From Alphaproteobacteria bacterium (GTDB lineage: Bacteria > Pseudomonadota > Alphaproteobacteria > UBA828), in the NCBI GenBank assembly GCA_965214705.1, contig CBDCCI010000002.1, positions 2,240,001-2,304,000 of the forward strand: DNA of 64,000 nucleotides, read 5' to 3'. Below the pieces are notes generated by a model. It was not told where the DNA came from. It did no database searches and worked only from the letters and a program-made list of their open reading frames with translations. The translations under genes were made by a program, and so were the position numbers. Below are positions 53,859 to 63,978 of the stretch, piece after piece; position 1 is the first letter of the stretch; each line of letters starts with the position of its first letter.

Positions 53859-55504
53859 ACTTCCTTGATTCTCAGACCGAACAAAAGCTGCGTGGCGGAT
53901 ACTACACCCCACCTGATCTTGCCACTTTTCTCGTCCGATGGATTGCCGCCATCAACCCCAAAGAAATTCTCGAACCGAGTTGCGGCGATGGCATTTTTCT
54001 CGAAAAACTAGCTCAGCACCTGCATGAGCCAATCGTCACGGGATTTGAGATCAACAAAGAGGAAGCTGCAAAGGCGTCAACACGTGCCACCGAATCCGGT
54101 CTCAAACACGCTAACGTAACAAACACAGACTTCCTTGGTTGGGCCATTGACGCATTGCAAGGCAGGCAAGAGCGATTCGATGCCATCCTTGGAAATCCCC
54201 CATTTATTCGTTATCAGTATTTGCCAAGACTATTTCAGCTTCGATCCGAAGAGATTTTCTCCAAGCTGAATTGCAAATTCACGAAGCACACAAACGCATG
54301 GGTTCCGTTCATCCTTGCATCATTTGCTTTGCTCCGCCCTGGTGGTCGCCTCGCGATGGTAGTTCCCGCCGAAATCATTCACGTCATGCACGCCGGTTCT
54401 TTGCGCGCCTACTTGGGAAAAAATGCAAAGAAACTAATCATTATCGACCCCGAGGAACTTTGGTTTCCGGGAACTCTTCAAGGTGCAGTCCTGCTCCTCG
54501 CACAAAAGCGCGATGCCTCACGGGACGACGCAGAGGGACTTGGCATTTTTCCGGTACGTGGCCGTGATTTCGTTGCTCGCAACCCTGAAAAGATCTTCAA
54601 CACTCCACACCCAATCAATGGAAGGACGGTTGAAGGCAAGTGGACACGAGCACTTCTGGATCCCAAAACCCGCGAGCTTCTTGATGGACTTATCGATGAC
54701 AACGCGGTTCGTCGTTTTTCGGACGTGGCTGCAGTCGATGTTGGCATTGTAACTGGTGCCAATAAGTTCTTTCTTGTCGAAGACCATACAGTGAAGAAAT
54801 TTGCACTGGACGCATGGGCCCATCCAATGTTCGGGAGAAGCGCACATTGTCCCGGCATAATCTACGATGACGCTCAACATCAAGCGAACGCGATCAACGG
54901 AAATCCGACAAATTTTGTTTGGTTTAGAGATCGAAGCGTTGAACAAAGCCCGCGAGGAAAAGCATACATCAAATATGGCGAACGCCAGATGTTACATACT
55001 CGGTACAAATGTCGCATTCGAGACCCGTGGTACTCAGTGCCATCTGTCTACGCAACCGAAATTGGAATGCTGAAACGGTCTCACAGCGCCCCCCGTTTAG
55101 TTCTCAACAAACTTCGGGCATTTACTACTGATACAGCCTATCGTATCAAGGTCAAGGTCGGAACCGCCAACCAACTGGTATATCTCTTCGTGAACCCCTT
55201 AACTGCATTGAGCGCAGAACTGGAAGGTCGTCACTATGGAGGAGGTGTGCTCGAACTGGTGCCTTCCGAAATTGAACGGCTTCTAATCCCACGACCGAAG
55301 AAGCTAAGGGCTAACGTTAACGGTTTGGACAAGGCGGTGCGAAGGCTGTCCATGGAGTTAGTCCTCGAACGTCAAGGCGAGGTGGTACTGGGCGCTTCCG
55401 GGTTAACTCCATCTGAACAAGCTCAAGTAATAGACGGCTGGAGAAAACTCAGAGACAGACGGCATCGTACTTCATCACCGCACACTAGTCGATCTCGAGG
55501 ATGA
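53855..55504 (+). CDS. N6-adenine DNA methyltransferase (gamma class, Eco57I/TaqI-like)
   Basis: GGYYTP, EPSCGDGIF (motif I), GNPPF (motif IV), C-terminal target-recognition region; visibly lower GC than host genes. Confidence 0.9.
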   Translation: MNFLDSQTEQKLRGGYYTPPDLATFLVRWIAAINPKEILEPSCGDGIFLEKLAQHLHEPIVTGFEINKEEAAKASTRATESGLKHANVTNTDFLGWAIDALQGRQERFDAILGNPPFIRYQYLPRLFQLRSEEIFSKLNCKFTKHTNAWVPFILASFALLRPGGRLAMVVPAEIIHVMHAGSLRAYLGKNAKKLIIIDPEELWFPGTLQGAVLLLAQKRDASRDDAEGLGIFPVRGRDFVARNPEKIFNTPHPINGRTVEGKWTRALLDPKTRELLDGLIDDNAVRRFSDVAAVDVGIVTGANKFFLVEDHTVKKFALDAWAHPMFGRSAHCPGIIYDDAQHQANAINGNPTNFVWFRDRSVEQSPRGKAYIKYGERQMLHTRYKCRIRDPWYSVPSVYATEIGMLKRSHSAPRLVLNKLRAFTTDTAYRIKVKVGTANQLVYLFVNPLTALSAELEGRHYGGGVLELVPSEIERLLIPRPKKLRANVNGLDKAVRRLSMELVLERQGEVVLGASGLTPSEQAQVIDGWRKLRDRRHRTSSPHTSRSRG

Positions 55505-56678
55505 AAGAGTCTTGCTCCTCGTCGTCGAGGTAAAGGAACAGGGTACGATTAAGCAGATCTTCCCGAGCGACGTACGGCCGAACGACGGCGCCCCAGTGCA
55601 GGCTCGTCATGCTGTTTCGTTGCTCATACGCTGCGGTGTCGGTGCGAGTATTGTGGGAAATTCGTAGAGAAAAAACGCCGCAGTCAACGTCACGAATTAC
55701 GAGCCGGAATCGTGCTTCCGCCCTTTCAATATGTCGGCGCCGAGGGGCCGCGTCAGGGTTCCAATCGAGCCTATCAAATACTTCGTCACGAAAATAATGG
55801 CGTTGATCGATGTCACGCATTGCACCTTGAGACAGCAGCATTGAGCCAGTCGGATTAGTGTTTGGACCCGTCGGGATATTCAAATCTCGGCGTGTCAATG
55901 GTCGGCTCTCCCACATTAGAGACCAGCGCTCCCTTACCGATTCCGCGACATTTGCCAGCCGCACCTCACCATTATCCTCTCCGTTCTGTGCGACTGAGAA
56001 GGGCTCCGGGCGGGGATGTGATATTCGTCGCGGTCTAAGTGGCATTCTGGGGATTGAATCTAAGCTTGGGTCTCTTGCTACCGCACTAGGTACCGGTTGA
56101 GATCTGGTGCTTTCGTCAATTACCCGTCCTGCGTCGAGTAACTCTTGTATCAGCTCTCTGTTGAGAATAGGAAACACGTGGTCAGGGTAATCCGCCATCA
56201 TTTCTTCATATTTCGCATCTACATCGTCAATAAGAGCAGCTCCCCGTGCGTTGTTGCGGTCAATTGTAAGACAAAGGCTGGCCTCAATATTCGAGTTCAA
56301 ACCACCGATAGTAAGATTTGCACTACCAACGATGATTCGCGCCTCATTGGGATTGTACGAAAAGTAGATTTTTGGATGAAAGATGGCGGTACGCGTTCCT
56401 GTATCGACAGCGTAAATGGAGCACCCCATTTCTACGGCTAACTGTAACCCCTGTGCTGAGGTGATTCCATTTCTTATTCCGGCCAAAATTGTAGTCTGAT
56501 CGGCGACACGGAGTAGAGATTCACGAACAAGAGATAGTCCACCATGAGTCATAAATGCAACGCTGATGACTATTCGGTCTGGGTCTGGGATGTCGAGCAG
56601 AGTCGTAACGGCGTCCAGATGAGTGGATGCCGTTACACCCTGGAGCAATAGTTCGCCCCTAATGGTCATTTGGTTCAC
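55485..56678 (-). CDS. Phospholipase-D-family restriction endonuclease (BfiI/NgoFVII-like)
   Basis: ISVAF, FHPKIY, GSANLTIGGLNSNIE single PLD motif; separate C-terminal domain; convergent with the methyltransferase. Confidence 0.8.
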   Translation of the reverse strand: MNQMTIRGELLLQGVTASTHLDAVTTLLDIPDPDRIVISVAFMTHGGLSLVRESLLRVADQTTILAGIRNGITSAQGLQLAVEMGCSIYAVDTGTRTAIFHPKIYFSYNPNEARIIVGSANLTIGGLNSNIEASLCLTIDRNNARGAALIDDVDAKYEEMMADYPDHVFPILNRELIQELLDAGRVIDESTRSQPVPSAVARDPSLDSIPRMPLRPRRISHPRPEPFSVAQNGEDNGEVRLANVAESVRERWSLMWESRPLTRRDLNIPTGPNTNPTGSMLLSQGAMRDIDQRHYFRDEVFDRLDWNPDAAPRRRHIERAEARFRLVIRDVDCGVFSLRISHNTRTDTAAYEQRNSMTSLHWGAVVRPYVAREDLLNRTLFLYLDDEEQDSFILEID

Positions 56679-57280
56679 TCCATCGACATTTCATCGGAAG
56701 GGAGGGCGGAAGCGACCCAAGGGAGTTCAACACCAATGTGGTTCGCGCCGTGGAAACAGCTATTCGCGATGTACGTCGCGAAAGGGTGGCATCTTCGCGT
56801 GTCTGAGGCACCGATGTAATTGTTTCCATACGGTTTTCCAGGCTCCTCGTTACGTCACGACACCGAGCCGCGTGACCTTCGCGTAAGCATACAGGAAACC
56901 ACCCAGTTCCAAGACCAACGCACGCTGTGCTGCTCCTGTCGTCAGGGCCTCTCCTGACGGGCGGGGTCGCTGCGTACACGCAACACGGCCCATGTCGAGT
57001 CTCGCCGGTAACCGGCGATCCCGCTTCGTTTCCGTCCGTCATTCCCCCGCCACCGTAGAGTCCTCCGGCGTTTCGGCCAGCGCGTGCCCTCGGCTTGGGG
57101 GCGTTCGGTCAACTCCAGTCTCTCCCGGTTCGCGGCAACCAGGACGGGCAGATCCTCGGGGAACCTTGTCCGCGCTACTCCGTCGGGAGTCGAGCCGAGC
57201 GGACGGAGGGCGTTCCGGCAGGGGCTCGGAGAAAGCCGCCGAGACGGCCCGGAGCGGTTCCTTTCCGACGGGAGCATGAC

Positions 57281-58198
57281 ATGACCACGAACGCGAAACT
57301 CACTCGCGTCATCGCCGACGCCCTCATAGGCGCGTACGGCGAGGAAGCCATCGAGTGGCTCGAAGACGGCGGGCGAGCGAACGTCGAGCGCATCCTCGCC
57401 GAATGGCGCACCGCGATCGAAGAGGGCGGCTGGATCGAGCGAATCGAGGACGTGCTGGTCCTCCGGGCGCTCCGCCACGAGGCGCACTGGGTGGAGGTGC
57501 TCGGCGGGCCGGACGCGGAAACACTCATCCGCGAGCTCGTGGACGAGGACTGGCGCGCACGGGAAGTCGAGACGGCAACGCGGATCGGCGAAATCTTCGC
57601 GCACGAGCTCCTTCGTGGCGACACGGGGGAGCCGTTCGAGTCCATCGAGTACGACTGGCGTGAGCACGGGTGCGCGATCCGCGGCGAGGACGACGAGCAG
57701 CGGTGGAACGCGGCGGCCCCCCTCTCGGGTGCCGAAACCCGTATCGAGGCGTGTCTCATCGAGGCGCGCTACATCGAGCGCCGGGTGCCGTTCGTCGACC
57801 TCCCGGGAAAGGTCCGCCAGGCGAAAGCGGCGGCGGACGCGGGGGACGAGAGCGGATGGACGCCGGTCTCGGACGGTCCGGTGTTCCGGTATGTCCGGGC
57901 CCTGCGCGAGGACGGGGTGGAGCGGGTCATTCCGCCAGACCTTCGGCTTCGCACGCTCTACACCGTCGAGCTCGTCTGCGCGCCCGGCCGCTCGGTGGTG
58001 CTCGTCGAGGAGGGGCTCCGCGGCCGGCTCGAGGACGTCGCCTCGAAGGCGGTCGAGAGCGCGCGGGTGAGCGAGCGGTGGCGGGTCGAGCCCGGCGAGC
58101 CCATCTTCGTCAGGCGCATGCGCTACGACCTCGACGAGTGGTCGGACCTTCCCGTGCCGGAGGGGTACCGGATGGACCCGTTCCGCGACTCCGGCTGA
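57281..58198 (+). CDS. Hypothetical acidic protein (305 aa)
   Basis: GGGAG RBS, host-like codon usage, no recognised motif. Confidence 0.6.
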   Translation: MTTNAKLTRVIADALIGAYGEEAIEWLEDGGRANVERILAEWRTAIEEGGWIERIEDVLVLRALRHEAHWVEVLGGPDAETLIRELVDEDWRAREVETATRIGEIFAHELLRGDTGEPFESIEYDWREHGCAIRGEDDEQRWNAAAPLSGAETRIEACLIEARYIERRVPFVDLPGKVRQAKAAADAGDESGWTPVSDGPVFRYVRALREDGVERVIPPDLRLRTLYTVELVCAPGRSVVLVEEGLRGRLEDVASKAVESARVSERWRVEPGEPIFVRRMRYDLDEWSDLPVPEGYRMDPFRDSG

Positions 58199-58622
58199 GC
58201 CCGGTGTCCGCCGCGGACCCCACCGCCAGGAAGCCAAGACCGGCTCCGGCCGGTGGAACCGGGGGTGCCCGCCCACATCACCGAGGAACACCGCCGCGCT
58301 TGGACCGCCCGCGCTCTTGCGACACGCCGGACTCCGCCCGTCGCCCGCTACACGATCAGTTGCGTGCAGCTCCCACCCAGCCGGTTTCGGGGCGACTTGC
58401 ATCGCCCTGCCTGGAAAGCGCTCGCACCCGGCAACCGTTCCGGAACGATTCCGGCTTCCAGACTCCTCCCTGATGCAGGGTCTTGAGGCTACGGGAATCA
58501 GGTTCCTCCTTGGAAGTCTCTTCAGATGTTGCGTAAGCGGTATCGGGCCCCCATACTTCCAGCGGATCTGATTTCGGGGCTGACTCTCCGCCTTGACCAC
58601 GAGCCACACAGGAGAGATCGCG

Positions 58623-59048
58623 ATGACAGATTCGATTTTGGCATCTGGCGACGGTGTCGCTGTTGCTTCGGTTGAGATCCCAGCTTCTGAGGGAGCCGCC
58701 CCGGCTCCGTCTGAGCCGGCCCCCATGCGACGCTGGCCGGACGATGAGAAGGCGCGGATTGTCTCGGAGAGCTTTGAGCCGGGCTCTTCGGTTGCGGCGG
58801 TCGCGCGCCGCCATGGCGTCAGCGATACGACCCTGACCAAGTGGCGGCGGCGCGCGCGGGAGGGAACTCTTCCGGGCGCTCGGATTGGTGGCTCTGCACC
58901 GCCATTTGTTCCCGTGGTGGTTGATAGCGTGACGTCCGAGCGGACGGTGGCGATCGAGGCGCTAGGCGTGGTCGTTCGCCTTCCGGTGGAGAGCGCGGTC
59001 GATCGGATTGTTGCGGTGGCCTCGGGCCTGGGCCGGGCGTCGTCATGA
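58623..59048 (+). CDS. tnpA: IS66 TnpA (HTH)
   Basis: RRWPDDEKARIVSESFEPGSSVAAVARRHG. Confidence 0.9.
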   Translation: MTDSILASGDGVAVASVEIPASEGAAPAPSEPAPMRRWPDDEKARIVSESFEPGSSVAAVARRHGVSDTTLTKWRRRAREGTLPGARIGGSAPPFVPVVVDSVTSERTVAIEALGVVVRLPVESAVDRIVAVASGLGRASS

Positions 59049-59395
59049 TCGCGGCCCCCTCGCTTCGCATCGTGTTGGCGACGCGGCCGGTTGATTTTCG
59101 TCGCGGCCACGACGCGCTTGCGGCGACGGCGGCGGGGGAGCTGGACCTCGATATCTATTCCGGGGTGATCGTGATCTTCCGCTCGCGCCGCGGCGACAGG
59201 CTCAAGCTCCTTGCGTGGGACGGCAGCGGTCTGGTGATGACCTACAAGCGTCTGGAGCAGGGCCGCTTCGCCTGGCCTCGGATCGAGGATGGTGTGATGC
59301 GCCTTACGAAGGGCCAGTTCGAGGCCCTCTTCGAGGGTCTGGACTGGCGCCGGGTGAAGGCCCGCCCGGTTCGCCGCCCGCTGGCGGCGGAGTGA
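59045..59395 (+). CDS. tnpB: IS66 accessory protein TnpB
   Basis: PVDFRRGHD, DRLKLLAWDGSG, KRLEQGRF. Confidence 0.95.
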   Translation: MIAAPSLRIVLATRPVDFRRGHDALAATAAGELDLDIYSGVIVIFRSRRGDRLKLLAWDGSGLVMTYKRLEQGRFAWPRIEDGVMRLTKGQFEALFEGLDWRRVKARPVRRPLAAE

Positions 59396-59488
59396 GGCGG
59401 CACGCAGGCGGGGCCGCAGATTTCGGTCGCGGTCCCGCCTGCACTTTTCCCTGGTCATGCATTGGCGAATCGGATTAAGGGGTGGCCC

Positions 59489-61204
59489 ATGCCGAAGGTC
59501 ACGCCCTCACCCCTCAGCAGCGCCGGTTCGCCGTCGCCTGCGGTGGTTTCGGCGGCGCTGGCGGCCCTGCATGCGGAGCTTGACGACGAGCGCGCGGCGC
59601 GCCGGGCGACGGAAGCAGCCCTATGCGAAGCGGAGCAGGCACGCGGCGCGGCGGAGGCGGCGAGGCAGACGGCGGAAGCGCGGGCGGCACGGCTGGAGGC
59701 CGAGAACGCGCAGAGCGCGGAGCAGATCAGCCGGCTTGAGCATCTCAACAAGGAGCTCAGGAAGGCGCTGTTCGGTCCGCGCTCCGAGAAGCTCGGCGAG
59801 GACGAGCGCCAGCTTACGTTCGAGGAGTTTTGGGCGGCGATCGCTGAAGCCGGCGGTCGGCCCGAGGCAGATGACCAGGAGCAGGACGAGGGGGCTGGCG
59901 GCAAGCGCCGGCGGCGCTCTTCCCGGGGGTCGCGCAGCGGGGTGCGCTTCGGGCCCCAGGTCGACCGGCGCGAGGAGGTGATCGAGCCGGACACGATCAT
60001 GTGCCCCTGCGGCTGCGGCGAGATGACGAAGATCGGCGAGGACCGCAGCGAGCGGCTGGACTATGAGCCGGCGAAGTTCACCGTCATCGAGACCGTGCGC
60101 CCCCGCTACGCCTGCAACAAGTGCAAGGGGGGCGGGGTGGTGCAGTCGCCGGCGCCGGCCGCTCTGGTCGAGGGCGGCCTTCCCACCGAGGCTCTTCTGG
60201 CGCAGGTGCTGATCGCGAAGTACGGCGATCATTGCCCGCTCTATCGCCAGTCGCAGATCTACGAGCGCTCGGGGATCGAGGTTCACCGTGCGACGCTGGC
60301 GACGTGGGTGGGCCAGGCGTCGTTTCACCTGCGCCCCGTGGTCGCTTGCCTGGAGGATGAGCTGAAGAAGTCGGATCACCTGGGTCTGGACGAGACCACG
60401 ATCCGCGTTCTCGACCCGGGCCGGGGCAAGACGAAGACGGGCTACATGTGGACCCTTGTGCGTGACGAGCGCCACTGGAGCGGCACGGACCCGCCGGGCG
60501 TCGTCTATCGCTATGCGCCCGGCCGCGGCGGCAAGTATGGCGCCGAGCTTATGGAGGGCTTTTCGGGGACGGTGCAGCTCGACGGCTACTCGGGCCACAA
60601 CATCCTGGCGCGGCCGGACCGGGCGGAAGGCCCTGTGACGCGGGCCCTCTGTTGGGCGCATGTAAGACGGAAGCTGAAAGAGGTATACGACTCGAGCGCA
60701 TCGCCGATCGCGCTGGCCGGTCTGAATCGGATCGCGAAGCTCTATGCGATCGAGAAGAAGATCCGGGGCAAGCCGCCGGCGGAGCGCCGCGCGATCCGTT
60801 GGGAGGAGTCGGCGCCGATCGTGAACACCTTCGGTGTCTGGCTCGACGAGCAGCGCTCGCGCGTCTCACCGCGCTCGCGTCTCGGCGAGAAGCTGACCTA
60901 TATCGCCAACCAGTGGGACGGGCTGCTGGAGTTCCTGCACGACGGTCGTGTCGAGATCGACTCGAACCTGGTGGAAAACCGAATCCGGCCGCTGAAGCTC
61001 ACCGCCAAGAACGCGCTCTTCGCCGGCAACGACGAGGGTGCGCAAGCCTGGGCCCGCATCGCCTCGCTGATCGAGACCTGCAAGATGAACGGCGTCGAGC
61101 CCTACGCCTGGATGCGGAGCACGCTCGAGAAGATCGCCAAGGGCCACCCGCAGTCGGGCATCCAGGAGCTTCTGCCGTGGAACTTCCAGCCCGAGGCAAA
61201 ATGA
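59489..61204 (+). CDS. tnpC: IS66 DDE transposase TnpC
   Basis: FGPRSE, CPCGC, PLYRQ, LDET, CWAHVRR, DSNLVENRIRP, LLPWN. Confidence 0.95.
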   Translation: MPKVTPSPLSSAGSPSPAVVSAALAALHAELDDERAARRATEAALCEAEQARGAAEAARQTAEARAARLEAENAQSAEQISRLEHLNKELRKALFGPRSEKLGEDERQLTFEEFWAAIAEAGGRPEADDQEQDEGAGGKRRRRSSRGSRSGVRFGPQVDRREEVIEPDTIMCPCGCGEMTKIGEDRSERLDYEPAKFTVIETVRPRYACNKCKGGGVVQSPAPAALVEGGLPTEALLAQVLIAKYGDHCPLYRQSQIYERSGIEVHRATLATWVGQASFHLRPVVACLEDELKKSDHLGLDETTIRVLDPGRGKTKTGYMWTLVRDERHWSGTDPPGVVYRYAPGRGGKYGAELMEGFSGTVQLDGYSGHNILARPDRAEGPVTRALCWAHVRRKLKEVYDSSASPIALAGLNRIAKLYAIEKKIRGKPPAERRAIRWEESAPIVNTFGVWLDEQRSRVSPRSRLGEKLTYIANQWDGLLEFLHDGRVEIDSNLVENRIRPLKLTAKNALFAGNDEGAQAWARIASLIETCKMNGVEPYAWMRSTLEKIAKGHPQSGIQELLPWNFQPEAK

Positions 61205-61647
61205 CTCGCGCGCTCACGGCGCTCCTCAAGAAATCCCCGTCGTAGTCAAGCCAGATTCCGGTATGGGGTCTGCGTACCGCTTACGATGTTGCTGCTGGTC
61301 GTGCCACCGCCGTGTTCGTTCGGAACGAATTCGGTGTCGGTGAGTGGGAGATGGGTGATAGAAGAGCGGGCGTCGCGGAGTTCGCTGCGCAGGAGCTTCG
61401 TCAACGTGGAAGCCATCTTCTTGTCGCCGGCTGAGTTCATGCTGCGGCCTCGCGACGCGTACGGGGTGTGCTCAACTGAAGTGCGGTGGAGATCGCCGGC
61501 TGAATGCAAGCCCCGGTTCGAACGGGCCGCGGCAGGACCCTACGTCGGCCAGACCGCCGTTGCGCGCCTTCCGACGCCTTCCGAACCCCAATCGCCCATC
61601 GGGTCCGTGACCGTACCGAGGGCCGTTCGCAATCTGGAACCGTGCTT

Positions 61648-62340
61648 TTACGCGGCTTCAAGCGCAACAACGCACTCGGGGTCGTCGTTGCGAGGATTGT
61701 TCACCCGGAGACCGACCCGGTGCATCACGAGCCAATCCTCGGGCGCCGGCGCGAGCCGCACATCCTCGCCCGAGAGCCAGGGCCGGAACGCCTCCTCCGG
61801 CAAGATGACCGGCATCCGGTGATGCAGCGCGCGCATGGTCGCGTTCGCCTCGGTGGTGAGGATAGTGAAGGTCTCCACCACATCGCCCGGCCGGCGCTCT
61901 GCCAGCGAGCCTCGAAGCACCGCGCCCTCGGGCACCCGCCAGCCCTCCCATAGTCCGGCGAACGCCATCGGTGCGCCGTCGCGCCGGGCGATGAGCCAGG
62001 GCTGGCGGACCGAGCTCTCGCGCCGCCACTCGTAGAACCCGTCCGCCGGGACGAGACACCGCCGCTTCGAGAACGCCGCCCGGAACGCAGGCTTGACCGC
62101 GGCGGTCTCGGCTCGGGCATTGATGAGCTTGTGCCCGATGCCGGGGTCCCTCGCCCAGGCCGGAATGAGCCCCCAGCGCAAGCTGGAGAGACGGCACTCG
62201 CCGGTGTCGCTCCGCACCACCGCGGCGTCCTGGCTCGGCGCGAGGTTGTAGCGCGGGCGGAGGTTCGCCGCCGGCCCGCCCAGGCTCAGCAGCGCATGGA
62301 TTTCGCGCCAGGAGAGGCGTTGAGTGAGGCGGCCGCACAT
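61648..62340 (-). CDS. SOS response-associated peptidase (SRAP/YedK/HMCES abasic-site protein)
   Basis: MCGR start (catalytic Cys2), RYNLAPSQ, WGLIP, INARAET, GFYEW, HHRMPV. Confidence 0.95.
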   Translation of the reverse strand: MCGRLTQRLSWREIHALLSLGGPAANLRPRYNLAPSQDAAVVRSDTGECRLSSLRWGLIPAWARDPGIGHKLINARAETAAVKPAFRAAFSKRRCLVPADGFYEWRRESSVRQPWLIARRDGAPMAFAGLWEGWRVPEGAVLRGSLAERRPGDVVETFTILTTEANATMRALHHRMPVILPEEAFRPWLSGEDVRLAPAPEDWLVMHRVGLRVNNPRNDDPECVVALEAA

Positions 62341-62878
62341 GGCCGAAAGGCTACCCGCGGAACCGGGAGCGGCGCCAGCCGGAGAACGAGTCGCGCCCCT
62401 CGGTCGGCAATCCCTGTTGGCCGTCAGGGAGTAGCACGGACAGTTCCCGGGGCGCGGTGTGAATTCTGCGCGAGTGGTCCCGACCTGACCATCGACCCGG
62501 GGCACGTCGGCGGTAGGCCGCGGGCCCGGTCGCTGTAGGCGCGGTTCGCCCTCGCTCCGTACGCGCGCTCGGCATTCGGCGCCTCCAGCCCCGGTCCGTT
62601 GCGCGCCGCGTGGACGTGATGCCCGGCGGGCATCGGCGGCGCACCGCTTCTCGACCGCCCGACCGTCCCCCCGGACGCGCTCCCCTCGCCGGTTCATGGC
62701 CGGCGCCGCTCCCCTGCGGCCGGGCATCGAGTCCGAGCCGGTACCCCCCGGCGTGTTCACCACCCCCATCGGTCGGGCCGCGAGGAGGCGGAGCCCGGCG
62801 GCGGACGGTCGAGGCGGGTGTCGCGGAGCGAGTCCGCCGCACCCCTCCCGTGCCATCCACCCAAAGGGAGAGTCCGCC

Positions 62879-63118
62879 ATGTCCACCAACATCACCGAGC
62901 CGCACCGCCACGCCTTCCAAGCCCTGGTGAGCGGCGAGTACGACAACTTCGCGCTCTTCTCGTGCTTCATCGACGGTGCGCCCGGCGCCGCCATCGTTGC
63001 CGTCAACCCCTGCCCGCCGGGCGAGGAAGGCGCGGCGCCCGAGTACGCCGTTCGGCCCCTGTTCGTCTCCGTCACTCCGGCGATGACGATCACCGACCAC
63101 GACGGCACCGAGGCATGA
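62879..63118 (+). CDS. Small hypothetical protein (79 aa)
   Basis: GGGAGAG RBS; MSTNITEPHRHAFQALVSGEYDNFALFSCF; ATGA overlap with next gene. Confidence 0.65.
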   Translation: MSTNITEPHRHAFQALVSGEYDNFALFSCFIDGAPGAAIVAVNPCPPGEEGAAPEYAVRPLFVSVTPAMTITDHDGTEA

Positions 63119-63978
63119 GCGGCGGTTCGCCGCTCCGTCGCCGGTCCGACCTCCTCGTCCCTCCCGCATGCCGCGCGCTCATCGACCACGGGGCGCTCGT
63201 TGCCGTCAATCACTCGGGCGGCAAGGACAGTCAGGCGATGACGATCCTGCTCTCGCGCATCGTTCCACGCGAGCAGCTCCTGTTCGTTCATGCACCGCTC
63301 GGCGAGGTCGAGTGGCCCGGGACCATCGAGCACATCGAGCGCACGATTCCGCCGGACCTGCCCCTCGTCCTGGCCCCGGTCGCGTCGGGCAAGACCCTGC
63401 TCGACCGCATCGAGGAGCGGCGCATGTTCCCGTCGAGCTCAGCGCGCTGGTGCACCTCGGATTTCAAGAGATCGCCTATCGAGCGCGAGCTGCGCCGGTA
63501 TCTGAAGGGCCATCCGCGGTTCGGTGGCCGCATCGTCAACGCGATGGGGATGCGCGCCTCGGAGAGCCTCGCGCGTTCGAGGCTCGTGCCCTGGCGGCGC
63601 AGCGACCGCAACAGCCGGGCGGGCCGCGAGTGGTACGACTGGCTTCCCGTCCACGGCCTGGAGAGGGCGGAGGTGTTCCGCATCATCCGCGACGCCGGCC
63701 AGTCGCCGCACTGGGCCTACGCCGCGGGCATGTCGCGGCTCAGTTGCAGCTTCTGCATCCTCGCCTCGCGCGCCGACCTTTGCCGGGCGGCGGAGCTGAG
63801 GTCCGGACTGTACCGCCAGTACGTCGACCTGGAGCGTCGCATCGGCCACACGCTCTCGCCGACGCGGGTGCCCCTGCCGCAGTTGACCGGCATTCCGGTC
63901 GAGCCCGCTCCCGCCGCGTCCCGCCCCTGCGAGCGCTTTCGCCTCGGCCACCGCGCCACGCCTTCCGCCCGCCCGTAG
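63115..63978 (+). CDS. PAPS-reductase-family (PP-loop) protein, mobile-element type
   Basis: SGGKDS PP-loop, RWCTSDFK, GMRASES, RLSCSFC. Confidence 0.85.
   Translation: MSGGSPLRRRSDLLVPPACRALIDHGALVAVNHSGGKDSQAMTILLSRIVPREQLLFVHAPLGEVEWPGTIEHIERTIPPDLPLVLAPVASGKTLLDRIEERRMFPSSSARWCTSDFKRSPIERELRRYLKGHPRFGGRIVNAMGMRASESLARSRLVPWRRSDRNSRAGREWYDWLPVHGLERAEVFRIIRDAGQSPHWAYAAGMSRLSCSFCILASRADLCRAAELRSGLYRQYVDLERRIGHTLSPTRVPLPQLTGIPVEPAPAASRPCERFRLGHRATPSARP

Larger units (their letters stand above)
58533..61284 (+). mobile_element. IS66-family insertion sequence, 2752 bp
   Basis: IRL GTAAGCGGTATCGGGCCCCCATAC; IRR (reverse complement) GTAAGCGGTACGCAGACCCCATAC; 8-bp TSD GATGTTGC (58525-58532, 61285-61292). 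Confidence 0.96.

Noticed and set aside
44709-56678. Integron with gene cassettes
   Set aside because: Integrases have P4-like arm domains rather than IntI features; no attC-type repeats seen and the cargo genes have their own promoters
56942-59458. 838-aa minus-strand ORF
   Set aside because: Crosses the IS66 boundary and is antisense to real genes
61285-61509. Gene disrupted by IS66
   Set aside because: Rejoining the flanks gives only a short ORF that stops at the junction, with no recognisable motif
62341-62480. Alphaproteobacterial LexA box upstream of SRAP
   Set aside because: GAAC copies are not in the GAAC-N7-GAAC arrangement
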